The notes beneath the pieces are model-generated. The model ran no database searches. It saw only the letters and a list, made by a program, of their open reading frames with translations, and had not been told where the DNA came from. The position numbers were made by a program, and so were the translations under genes. Below, piece after piece: positions 46,000 to 54,625 of a stretch of DNA of 64,000 nucleotides (the first letter of the stretch is position 1; each line of letters starts with the position of its first letter). This DNA comes from a virus. Location of the stretch: positions 764 through 64,763 of IMG/VR virus record IMGVR_UViG_3300032144_000007, one strand, 5' to 3'.

Positions 46000-46908
46000 C
46001 TACTTCTCCTTCTCACGGCTGATGCGCAACACGCGGCTCGACGATGCGGGCACCTCGTATGCTTTCCTGACCGTCTCCTTGCATGTGATCTTCCATCCGG
46101 GAAAATTGGCCTGTTCGAACTCGCCCATCTTGTGCCTGATCTCGGCGTTGAGCGCGTCCACTTCCTCAATGTTCTCGCCGATCTGTGCCTTCAGCGCTTC
46201 CCGGCGTTCCAGCACTTCGCCAAGCATGTTGTCCTGCGACAGGTCGATGGCTTCCGGGCGCGCGTCTGGATAGAGCGCGTTGATGGTATCGGTGTCGCGG
46301 CGGTAGTTCGGCGCGGGCATCTTGCCAGCCGCCATGTCTTTCCAGAACTCGTCGGCGATCTCGCATATCCGGGATTCCGCAGCCGCATGGCGCGGAATGT
46401 CGAAGACGTGCAGATCGGCGGAATAGTTGCCAACCGCCAGCACCGCGAGGATGCCGTGATCGGCGTTGAGCAGCATGTTTTCAGCGGCCACCTGAAGCGT
46501 GTAGCTCATCGGCGGCTTGCCATCCCATGCCTCGAAAGAGGGCAGGGCAATCGTCTTGATCTGGACGTTGACCAGACCTTGATATTCCGGCGTCTCGGCG
46601 ATGGCGTCCGGTGTCGCGCCGAGCCGGTGAACGTTTTCGAACAGAAAGACGTTCGGCTGCGTCACGCGCCAGTCCGGGAAATCCTCGCCGATATAAGTGA
46701 GTGCGGCCCTTTCGAAATTCCGGCCACGCCGCATGATCGGGCTGTCCGGTTGGTTCTGGATAAGACCGCTCTTTTCGGCATAGACCGACAGGGGCGTGCG
46801 GTACTCATCGACGCCGCAGACGGCACCAAGTTCGGAGGCGCAAAGATAGGCACGCCGCCAGTCCAGCCATTCGGCCCTTGTCGTGACTGCTCTTCTGTGG
46901 ACTTCCAT
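46000..46908 (-). CDS. YqaJ-like viral recombinase exonuclease
   Basis: EWL..R...ASE..G...Y.TP..Y..K, G..FE, ATPD, Q.KT, Y..QV. Confidence 0.88.
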   Translation of the reverse strand: MEVHRRAVTTRAEWLDWRRAYLCASELGAVCGVDEYRTPLSVYAEKSGLIQNQPDSPIMRRGRNFERAALTYIGEDFPDWRVTQPNVFLFENVHRLGATPDAIAETPEYQGLVNVQIKTIALPSFEAWDGKPPMSYTLQVAAENMLLNADHGILAVLAVGNYSADLHVFDIPRHAAAESRICEIADEFWKDMAAGKMPAPNYRRDTDTINALYPDARPEAIDLSQDNMLGEVLERREALKAQIGENIEEVDALNAEIRHKMGEFEQANFPGWKITCKETVRKAYEVPASSSRVLRISREKEK

Positions 46909-46912
46909 TTCG

Positions 46913-47074
46913 TCACCTGATCAGCAGCCAGAGGATTGTTGCGAACTGGACGATCTCGGCGACCAGACAGGCGAAAACGACACGGTCATAGAAGTTGGTG
47001 GAACTTTCGAGATGTCTGATGCGGACGTTCGCTTCGATCAGTTGTTCTTCTATCGACTTCATCTCGACTGGCAT
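46913..47074 (-). CDS. Small membrane protein
   Basis: Coiled coil plus C-terminal TM. Confidence 0.5.
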   Translation of the reverse strand: MPVEMKSIEEQLIEANVRIRHLESSTNFYDRVVFACLVAEIVQFATILWLLIR

Positions 47075-47175
47075 CCTTGATCCTCCAGAATGGTGCGGGA
47101 CGGCACCGGCAAGGCATTGCAGCGCCATCCCGCTTTCCCGCGCACGAAGGTAGGGCAACCGTGCGCGGAAATCTG

Positions 47176-48615
47176 TTACTCGACGGCCTCGATGATCCGC
47201 TGGACATCCTTCGCGACAGCTTCAATGGCCTTTTGCGGAGCCTCGTTGATGATGTCGGTCAGGCTGTCGGCCAGCACTTCACCCTTCGTCTTGGCAGGCG
47301 GAAGATCGGCGAGCAGGGCGAGGTGGCGCATGGCGCTTTCCGCCGCGATCAGCAGATCGTCTTCCGTCAGATCGCGCCGGTCTTCGGTGAGCATCGCCAG
47401 CTTGGCGCGCTTCACGACTTCGGCGATGGATGCCGGGATTTGACCCGCCAGCCGTTCGCCTGTCGCCTCCAGTTTCACGTCGGCGGCAAGGGCGTCACCG
47501 GCGTAGTGGGTGATCAGGCGGGTGACGGCTTCCGCGTCCGGTGCGTCGATGGAGATCACCGCGTCGAGGCGACCGGGCCGCAGCAGCGCCTTGTCGATCC
47601 GGTCGAGGTGGTTGGTCGTCAGCACGGTCATGATCGCCGAGCCGAGCGGCACGAGGCCGTCGAGCAGGTTGACCAGATCGTTGACCTTCTCCTTGGTGCG
47701 GTCGCCGAACCGGTCGATGTCTTCGGCGAAGACGACGCATGGCTGGTAGCGGCGGGCGGTTTCGAGCGCGGCCTTCAGTCCCTGCGCCCGGTCGAGAACG
47801 ATGAAGGTCCAGCCGTTGTCCTGCGCCACCTTGGCGGCGACGCGGGCGGTGAGCGACTTGCCGCAGCCATACCGGCCTTCAAGCAGGATGCCGCGCTTCA
47901 GCGAAATGTTGTTCTTGCGGCACGCTTCGGTGTGCTTCATCGGCGCAAGGATGGCGGTGCGGATAATCGCCTGCGTTGCACGATTGTAGATGGCGTCGGT
48001 TTCCTTGACGCCGGAGACGTCGAAGAAGTCCGGCTGTTCCGACAGGTCCAGATCGCCTTCGTCATCGACCTTCAAGGCGATGGCCTTGCCCTTGTAGATG
48101 GACGAGGTGTTGACGATCTCGCGGGCGCGGGTGGCGATCTCGACGAGGCGGGCGCGGTCCTTCTTGTTGACCTTGCCGTACATGCGGACGCCGCCAGCGA
48201 AGATGGTGACGTTCACCGGATTTACCATGCCGGGAAGCGTCATCTGACCGACCGGAACCTGCACGACGTCGCTCGCCTTGATCCCGGTTTTCACCGTCAG
48301 GAACGACGGATCGCGCGGGCCGAACCATGTCATCACCGTCTTCGGCAGCACGACGCCATAGATGTCCTGCATGGCGAGGAAGGCGGCGACGGCGGCGTCC
48401 CACGGAAGGCCTTCGATGGTTTCCATCGCGTCGAAAGTTTGCTTGTTCGACTGGTCGATGCGGTGAAGCGTTTCGATGGCGGACTCGATTGGCATCTCGC
48501 CCGGCTCGCCTGGCAGAACAATTTTCTTGCCGCGATATTCGATGCCGGTATCCAGCTTCGTCCAGTCGATTTCCTGATCACGGTCGGCGATCACTGGCGT
48601 CTTGTGCACGTTCAT
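47176..48615 (-). CDS. AAA+ ATPase (classic AAA clade)
   Basis: Walker A GRYGCGKS, Walker B VVFAEDID, SRH TTNHLDRIDKALLRPGRLD; start MNVHKT with AGGAG SD. Confidence 0.88.
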   Translation of the reverse strand: MNVHKTPVIADRDQEIDWTKLDTGIEYRGKKIVLPGEPGEMPIESAIETLHRIDQSNKQTFDAMETIEGLPWDAAVAAFLAMQDIYGVVLPKTVMTWFGPRDPSFLTVKTGIKASDVVQVPVGQMTLPGMVNPVNVTIFAGGVRMYGKVNKKDRARLVEIATRAREIVNTSSIYKGKAIALKVDDEGDLDLSEQPDFFDVSGVKETDAIYNRATQAIIRTAILAPMKHTEACRKNNISLKRGILLEGRYGCGKSLTARVAAKVAQDNGWTFIVLDRAQGLKAALETARRYQPCVVFAEDIDRFGDRTKEKVNDLVNLLDGLVPLGSAIMTVLTTNHLDRIDKALLRPGRLDAVISIDAPDAEAVTRLITHYAGDALAADVKLEATGERLAGQIPASIAEVVKRAKLAMLTEDRRDLTEDDLLIAAESAMRHLALLADLPPAKTKGEVLADSLTDIINEAPQKAIEAVAKDVQRIIEAVE

Positions 48616-49074
48616 CTGGTAGCTCCTGTTTGGGCGAGGGTTTTGTGAAATCGTGCCTTTCGCCCCCCTCATGGCGCACGGCATCGCTGTCGCAAAAAGG
48701 GTGGTTCCCCTTGCGAAATCGTATGTGTGTAAAACCTGTGGAAAAGTCGTCTTGAGTTGTGGATGATAACCGTTCAGGCGAACGTGGCAAGCCAAAAACC
48801 GCCACTGATTCGCCATCGATCGTTAAGCCTTCGGAACGGTTATCGAATTTTTAACGGCGTACATAAATCCGTCATCTATGCGAAATTGCATCGTTGGAAA
48901 CGGCGCTCATTTTTGCAGTTCGGTAAAAATTACTGGTATGCATTAGGCCACAGTAGGCAACAAAAGCCTACTTCTGGCAACTTTGTAACACATTGAAATC
49001 GTTGATGTTCCATTGCATCCGCTGTGATGATCAATTACCGTCTGGTTTAACCACCAACGCCGGGAGCAGACGAT

Positions 49075-49281
49075 ATGCACCCTATCCGAGAATACAGGTT
49101 GAAGCAGCCGATCCCGCTTAGTCAGTCATCGATCGCTGACCGGATCGGCGTGAGCGCCCAACTGGTTTCGCGTTACGAGACCGGGCAAAAACGCGTGACC
49201 GCCGAAAAGGCCGTCATCATCGAGAAGGCGCTCGGCATTCCGCGAGAAGTTCTCAGACCCGACATTTTTGCCACAGACTAA
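49075..49281 (+). CDS. Cro-like HTH protein
   Basis: LSQ..IAD.IGVS..VSRYETG..RPDIF; GGGAG SD. Confidence 0.85.
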   Translation: MHPIREYRLKQPIPLSQSSIADRIGVSAQLVSRYETGQKRVTAEKAVIIEKALGIPREVLRPDIFATD

Positions 49282-49330
49282 ACCGACCTGATCCCGTCCA
49301 TTTCGGCTGCGCTTCCGCGCACCCTTTGTC

Positions 49331-49552
49331 GTGTCTGGAACAATCATGCTCAAACTCGCCAGCATCGAACCGACCGAACTGCTTCCCCTTCACGCCCTTC
49401 CGCAGCAGTCCTGCAAGTACCCGGTCGAAGAGAACTGGAACGTCGCGGGCCACTTCCTGTTCTGCGCAAAAGCGACACGTCCAGCCGAACGCTATTGCCC
49501 GCATCACATGCAGCGCTGCTACCGCGCACCAGAGCAGAAAAGGAAGGGCTGA
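49331..49552 (+). CDS. GcrA C-terminal-domain-like protein
   Basis: L..L....C.YPV......F.FC.......YC..H..CY pattern. Confidence 0.65.
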   Translation: MSGTIMLKLASIEPTELLPLHALPQQSCKYPVEENWNVAGHFLFCAKATRPAERYCPHHMQRCYRAPEQKRKG

Positions 49553-50109
49553 TGGGCAAGCGGTCGAACTTCGCACGCCGGAAGATGGACGCCTACCAGA
49601 CGCCGCACAAGCCGGTCGTGCCGCTCATCCCGTACCTGCGCCGCGACGGTATCCAGACCTTCGATGAACCCTGCGCCGGGCTCGGCGATCTGATCGATCA
49701 TCTGCGCTGTTTTGGTTTCGATTGCCTCTACTCCGGCGACATCCAGAACGGTTTCGATGCGCTCGACGTGCCGAAGTTCCGGGCCGACGCCGTGATCACA
49801 AACCCGCCCTGGACCCGCCAGCTGATGCACCCGCTGATCTGGCACTTCATGCGCAACGCTCCGATCACATGGCTGCTGTTCGACAGCGACTGGTGCCACA
49901 CCAAGCAGGCGACAGGGCTTTTGCAGCACTGCACCGACATCGTCAGCGTCGGTCGGCACAAGTGGATTCCGGGCTCCAAGCACAGCGGCAAGGACAACGC
50001 TGCATGGCATCGTTTCGTCGCCAGCCATCGCGACGGGCCGCACTTCCATAGTCAATGGCAACCGGTGGCTGCTTCTGAAAACAAGGTCAAATTCGAGGTG
50101 CGCGTATGA
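49552..50109 (+). CDS. Amino (N6-adenine/N4-cytosine) DNA methyltransferase
   Basis: D.Y.TP, EPCAG.G.L, catalytic ITNPPW. Confidence 0.85.
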   Translation: MGKRSNFARRKMDAYQTPHKPVVPLIPYLRRDGIQTFDEPCAGLGDLIDHLRCFGFDCLYSGDIQNGFDALDVPKFRADAVITNPPWTRQLMHPLIWHFMRNAPITWLLFDSDWCHTKQATGLLQHCTDIVSVGRHKWIPGSKHSGKDNAAWHRFVASHRDGPHFHSQWQPVAASENKVKFEVRV

Positions 50110-50624
50110 CTCTTCTCATGGGCCTCGATCCTTCCAAGACAGCAACCGGCTGGTCGCTCTTCGACAAGCGCGATCTGGTCGCGTCCGGCACGATCCGCTC
50201 TGACGGCGCGCTCGACTTCGCGGGCAAGTTTCACATGCTGCTCGTCGAGTTTCGACCGTCCGTCATCGCCTATGAGCAGGCGATCCGCTCCATCCGCACC
50301 TATGGCCGCAAGACGCTGATGCCGGGTGAAGCCGCATGGTCGGGGCCGAACGCGGGGCAAATGATCCTGCTCGAAATCCAGGGCGCGATCCTCGGCCTCT
50401 CTAAGGCAATGGATATCCATACCCTGCCAGTGTCGGCCTCGACGTGGCGCTCGGCGATCCTGAAGGACGGCAAGCTGTCGCGCGACGTCGCCAAGCAACG
50501 GGCGAAGGAAACGTGCAAGGCGCTCGGTCTGAAGTTCAAGTCGGTGGACGAGGCTGAAGCGATCCTGATCGGCCTATGGGCGTCGCAAACCATGGAAGTC
50601 AAATATTGGGGCCAGCAGCGATGA
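50106..50624 (+). CDS. RuvC-like Holliday junction resolvase
   Basis: LMGLDPS..TGW, AYEQ, ..W...K, D.AEA..IG. Confidence 0.8.
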   Translation: MTLLMGLDPSKTATGWSLFDKRDLVASGTIRSDGALDFAGKFHMLLVEFRPSVIAYEQAIRSIRTYGRKTLMPGEAAWSGPNAGQMILLEIQGAILGLSKAMDIHTLPVSASTWRSAILKDGKLSRDVAKQRAKETCKALGLKFKSVDEAEAILIGLWASQTMEVKYWGQQR

Positions 50625-50968
50625 CCGACGAGAAGATCACGCCCATTGGCATCGGTTACAAGCAACCGCCAAGCGAAGACGAGGGCCAGTTGCGCATCGT
50701 GCGCTATGACGGCTGCAATCACCGTTACCATTGGGTCGGCGGCAAGATGAATGACGCCCATTTCTTCATCCGCGAAGGCGAGACGGAAGTCGAGTGCGGC
50801 CTATGCGGCACCAAACTCGACCCGATGTTCGTGCTGCGCCACCTCGCATCCGAAGAAAGCCAGTGGCAGACGAAGCGCCGCGCCTATCAGGACGAGATGA
50901 AGCGGCTCAACGAGCGCATGAGAACCAAGTGCCAGCACTGTGAACGGATGACGAGGATCAAACGATGA
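50621..50968 (+). CDS. Zn-finger protein
   Basis: C.H, C..C, C..C motifs. Confidence 0.65.
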   Translation: MTDEKITPIGIGYKQPPSEDEGQLRIVRYDGCNHRYHWVGGKMNDAHFFIREGETEVECGLCGTKLDPMFVLRHLASEESQWQTKRRAYQDEMKRLNERMRTKCQHCERMTRIKR

Positions 50969-51744
50969 ATGCACTATCGCGTATCGACGCTATCAGCACT
51001 CTTCCCTCATTGGTCAAGAAGGCTGCTGATCGACTTGCCAGTGCAGCAACCGCTGCTGAAATCCTCGACGCAAGAGACATGGCTTCCGTTGCATACGACG
51101 CCGCGAAGAAGGCCGCGAGGATGGCGAGGGCCAAGCAAGCACACGACGAGATCATCGCGAAAGTGGCGCATGCGCAAGCCGACGCACTGGAGATCGAAGC
51201 GACGGCGAAGCGCCGCCTTGCTGACGAATACGATGCGGCGCAAGAGCGCGGCGAGGTGGCGAGTAACGGGCAACGCGGGAAAGCTGTTCCAGATGGGAAC
51301 GGCTTTTCGCCACCGACCGCCGCCGACATCGGTATCACCCGCAAAGAGGTGCACGACGCCCGCCAAATCCGCGATGCCGAGAAAATCCAGCCGGGCATCG
51401 TTCGACGCGTTCTGGACGAGCGGATCGCCAGCGGACAAGAACCCAACCGTGCCGCTCTTCGGGAAGCTGTGATTGAAGTTGCAAGGCGCGGCCAGAACGA
51501 CACGTCTGGCACGCCGTCGAGGAACCCGCTTTACCAGTTGCCAACAGTGAATGGTGCCGCCTGGACGCACCTATACGGTGCCTGCCGGGCTCTCAGTGAA
51601 TGGAGCGAGAAGGACGAAAACATGATCGCTGCCCTTCGCGGGATGAAGGAACGGCGCGACGATCAAAAGTTGAACGTCGCCGCTGTCAGAAAATGCGCAG
51701 CAACCTTGAACCGTTTCCTTGGGGAGTTGGAAGATGCTCAATGA
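50965..51744 (+). CDS. Helical/HTH-containing hypothetical protein
   Basis: A.RRLADEYD, TAADIGITRKEVH.ARQ motif. Confidence 0.7.
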   Translation: MNALSRIDAISTLPSLVKKAADRLASAATAAEILDARDMASVAYDAAKKAARMARAKQAHDEIIAKVAHAQADALEIEATAKRRLADEYDAAQERGEVASNGQRGKAVPDGNGFSPPTAADIGITRKEVHDARQIRDAEKIQPGIVRRVLDERIASGQEPNRAALREAVIEVARRGQNDTSGTPSRNPLYQLPTVNGAAWTHLYGACRALSEWSEKDENMIAALRGMKERRDDQKLNVAAVRKCAATLNRFLGELEDAQ

Positions 51745-52198
51745 CAAACTGAATACATTCTATCATCTGGTAAACGAGGCTTGCGTTATTCATGGCCTCA
51801 ATGCGCCGCTTGTTGCAGATGAAATCATCGCAGCGGCATTTCCAGAAACGACTTCGGCGGCTAGAGCCGAAGGTGCAGACACGATGCTTCGCAACGGCGT
51901 CATCGCTTTCCTTGCCAAGTTCTTCAAGAAGACCGCTCCGGCAACCGAAAGCAGCGGAAGCCAACTTTCCTTCATGCCGATGATCCCGGAGCCGCTTGCG
52001 CCAATAGTGGCGCGACTGAAGGCCGAAGCACACTATGTCGAATCCCTCGCCGAATACATCCCAGTGGCTCTTCTCATAGCCAATCCTGAATGGCTGGACG
52101 ATGCCCGCAAATACAAGCGGCGCAAAGGTGAAGAGACAATCGCGGAAGCGACAATCCTTGACGAACTTTATGCCGCGATCACGGAAGGTGAGGTGTAG
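51734..52198 (+). CDS. Hypothetical protein
   Basis: 154 aa, GGAG SD. Confidence 0.65.
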   Translation: MLNDKLNTFYHLVNEACVIHGLNAPLVADEIIAAAFPETTSAARAEGADTMLRNGVIAFLAKFFKKTAPATESSGSQLSFMPMIPEPLAPIVARLKAEAHYVESLAEYIPVALLIANPEWLDDARKYKRRKGEETIAEATILDELYAAITEGEV

Positions 52199-52259
52199 TC
52201 GCATGACGATGACCCACTACCACGAGCGCCGGTCGCGCATTTCCGTGAAAGGATAGACC

Positions 52260-52997
52260 ATGCCAAATCCTGTCATCATCGACATTTCGCATCACCAGCC
52301 CGACCCTATCGATTGGGGCAAGGTCAAGTCTGGCGGCACGGTCGGCGTGATCCTGAAGGCCACAGAAGGCACCTCTTACACCGATCCGACCTATGCAAGT
52401 CGCAAACAGGCGGCGCTCGCCGCTGGCCTGACGGTGTCGTCTTATCACTTCTTCAAGAAGGGCAACCCGACCGGGCAGATGTCCTACTTCCTGAAGGTGG
52501 TGAAGCCGGTCGAAGGCGAGCGTGTCGTCATCGATCATGAGACCGACGCCTCGCTCGACGAACTGAAGCAGGCCGTCCAGTGGCTGATGACCAACGCGCC
52601 GGAAGTCGAGATCACCATCTATTCCGGGCACACGATCAAGGATCAACTCGGCTCCAAGAAGGACGATCTTCTGGCAGAGAACACCTCGCTCTGGATCGCG
52701 CAATACACGTCCGCCGCGTCGCCATCGTGGCCGAAGGGCACATGGCCGACATGGTCGCTCTGGCAATACACGGACAAGGCGTCGGTCTCCGGCATCAGTG
52801 GTCCTGTCGATGGCAACAAGTTCAACGGCTCGTCCGCCAACGCTGTGAAGTGGATGGGGCCGGTTGCCTCGCCGCCAGAACCGGAACCCGCGCCGGAGCC
52901 GACGCCGGAGCCGGAGGAAAAGCTGGTGACCATCGATCTCGACGTGCCGGAGGGCGTCGATGTTCGTATCCGCGTCAATGGCAAGGACGTGATGTGA
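52260..52997 (+). CDS. GH25 muramidase (endolysin)
   Basis: IDISHHQ..IDW, ILKATEG..Y.D, D.E, LWIAQY, W..WQYT, VDGN. Confidence 0.92.
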   Translation: MPNPVIIDISHHQPDPIDWGKVKSGGTVGVILKATEGTSYTDPTYASRKQAALAAGLTVSSYHFFKKGNPTGQMSYFLKVVKPVEGERVVIDHETDASLDELKQAVQWLMTNAPEVEITIYSGHTIKDQLGSKKDDLLAENTSLWIAQYTSAASPSWPKGTWPTWSLWQYTDKASVSGISGPVDGNKFNGSSANAVKWMGPVASPPEPEPAPEPTPEPEEKLVTIDLDVPEGVDVRIRVNGKDVM

Positions 52998-53007
52998 GCG
53001 CTGGCCG

Positions 53008-54129
53008 ATGCGATACCTTGATCTCTTCTCCGGCATCGGCACGGCGTCGGTCGCCTTCGATCCGCTTGGCTGGCAATGCGTCGGCCATTCGGAGATAGAC
53101 CGGTTCGCGTCGGCGGTTCTCAGCTATCGATATCCCGACGTCGCCAATTTCGGCGACATCAACCGCTTTGAGGAATGGCCCGATGTCGCAGTTGACCTTG
53201 TTTGCGGAGGAAGCCCCTGCCAGGCGTTCTCAATCGCCGGATTGCGCGATGGACTGGCTGACCCGCGCGGCAAGCTCATGCTCACATATCTTGCCGTCGT
53301 TCGCCGCTATCGTCCCCGCTGGATCATTTGGGAAAATGTCACCGGAGTCCTGTCACTTCACAGAGGGAAAGCGTTCGAAACGCTTCTCAGAGGGCTGGCG
53401 GAATGCGGGTATCATGCGTCATGGCGAGTGCTTGACAGTCAATATGTGCGAGTGGACGGCTACCCTCGTGCCGTGCCCCAACGACGGAACCGTGTCTTCC
53501 TTGTCGGACATTCTTCAGACTGGCGATATCCCGCGCAAGTTCTTCTTGAGCCCGAAAGCCTGCGCTGGAGTGCTGCGCCGGGCCGACAAGCGTTCGAAGG
53601 TAATCCCGAACGGGATGCGGGCGGCGCTGGAACAGGTAGCGTCCCGGATGTCGCCAACGTCCTGACCAACCGCATGCACAAGGGCGTCAACACGACGATG
53701 GACGAGGGCCAGACGATGATCCCCGTCGATGTCGAGGATGTCAGCTATGCCCTGACGTCGGGCATGCACCACAGCGCAAACCGGGTGCCAAGCGAGCAGG
53801 GGACTCTGGTGCCGGTCGGTTTCGACAGTAAGCGCCACGGTCATCAGGAAGGCGTCGCGCCAGCCTTGCGCGCCATGGGCCATTCAGGATCGCACGCCAA
53901 CGCAGGCGGACAGATGGCGGTCGCGCACGGCACCATGATCCGCCGCCTGATGCCGATTGAGTGCGAGCGCCTTCAGGGGCTTCCCGACGACTGGACCAAC
54001 ATACCGTGGCGGGGCCGCGATCACGCGCCGGACGGACCTCGATACAAGGCCATCGGCAACGCATGGGCGGTGCCTGTCGGGCGATGGGTGGCCCGGCGCA
54101 TCGAAATGGTCGAGGCGTTCAATGCTTGA
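53008..54129 (+). CDS. C5-cytosine DNA methyltransferase
   Basis: DLFSGIG, GGSPCQ.FS, ENV, Q.R.RVF, RRL.P.ECERLQG, YKAIGN. Confidence 0.95.
   Translation: MRYLDLFSGIGTASVAFDPLGWQCVGHSEIDRFASAVLSYRYPDVANFGDINRFEEWPDVAVDLVCGGSPCQAFSIAGLRDGLADPRGKLMLTYLAVVRRYRPRWIIWENVTGVLSLHRGKAFETLLRGLAECGYHASWRVLDSQYVRVDGYPRAVPQRRNRVFLVGHSSDWRYPAQVLLEPESLRWSAAPGRQAFEGNPERDAGGAGTGSVPDVANVLTNRMHKGVNTTMDEGQTMIPVDVEDVSYALTSGMHHSANRVPSEQGTLVPVGFDSKRHGHQEGVAPALRAMGHSGSHANAGGQMAVAHGTMIRRLMPIECERLQGLPDDWTNIPWRGRDHAPDGPRYKAIGNAWAVPVGRWVARRIEMVEAFNA
53183..53665 (+). CDS. Nested alternative-frame ORF within the C5 MTase (M.EcoHK31I beta-like candidate)
   Basis: 160 aa in a second frame; GAGGA SD 8 nt before ATG; SLSDILQTG.IP.KFFLSPKAC.G.LRRA motif. 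Confidence 0.6.
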   Translation: MSQLTLFAEEAPARRSQSPDCAMDWLTRAASSCSHILPSFAAIVPAGSFGKMSPESCHFTEGKRSKRFSEGWRNAGIMRHGECLTVNMCEWTATLVPCPNDGTVSSLSDILQTGDIPRKFFLSPKACAGVLRRADKRSKVIPNGMRAALEQVASRMSPTS

Positions 54130-54625
54130 GAAACTGGTCGAGTTGTCGGATCGGGATTTCGCGCGCCTGCTCGCCGCGATTGGCCGTGCCAGGCTCGCCG
54201 ACGCCTTCGCCTCGTCGATCGTCGAGGACGAGGAACCCGACCCGATCATGGTCCGGCTGGCGGAAGAATACCGGTCGTCAGGAGGATTCAAGCCGCGCAA
54301 TGGCAAGCCGCCGAAACCGCCAGATTGGCATGCGCTTTTGACGAAAGATGCCAAGGGCATCATCGAAAAGGGTATGGTGAATGTTCTCATTGCGATGCGT
54401 GAAGACCCGGCGATTTCGGGCGTCCTTGGTTACGAGGACAGAATTGGCAAGGTGGTGCTGAAGGGTCGGCTTCCCGACGATTGGGAGCCGGATTTCCAGA
54501 TGCGTGTGATCGAAGAGCGGGACTTCCTGTCGCTCTATGAATACCTCGTTCGATGCGGCTTCCGGCTGACGAAGGACGAGATGAAGACCGTCATCCGCAA
54601 GGTAGCCCGCGAGAATCCGTTATGA
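54122..54625 (+). CDS. VapE/primase-associated N-terminal-like domain protein
   Basis: L.....G.....NV..A...DP...G.L.Y......P.W pattern. Confidence 0.5.
   Translation: MLEKLVELSDRDFARLLAAIGRARLADAFASSIVEDEEPDPIMVRLAEEYRSSGGFKPRNGKPPKPPDWHALLTKDAKGIIEKGMVNVLIAMREDPAISGVLGYEDRIGKVVLKGRLPDDWEPDFQMRVIEERDFLSLYEYLVRCGFRLTKDEMKTVIRKVARENPL

Noticed and set aside
48616-49074. CtrA (TTAA-N7-TTAA) or alphaproteobacterial LexA (GTTC-N7-GTTC) boxes in the control region
   Set aside because: Only half-sites were seen on manual reading; no full consensus.
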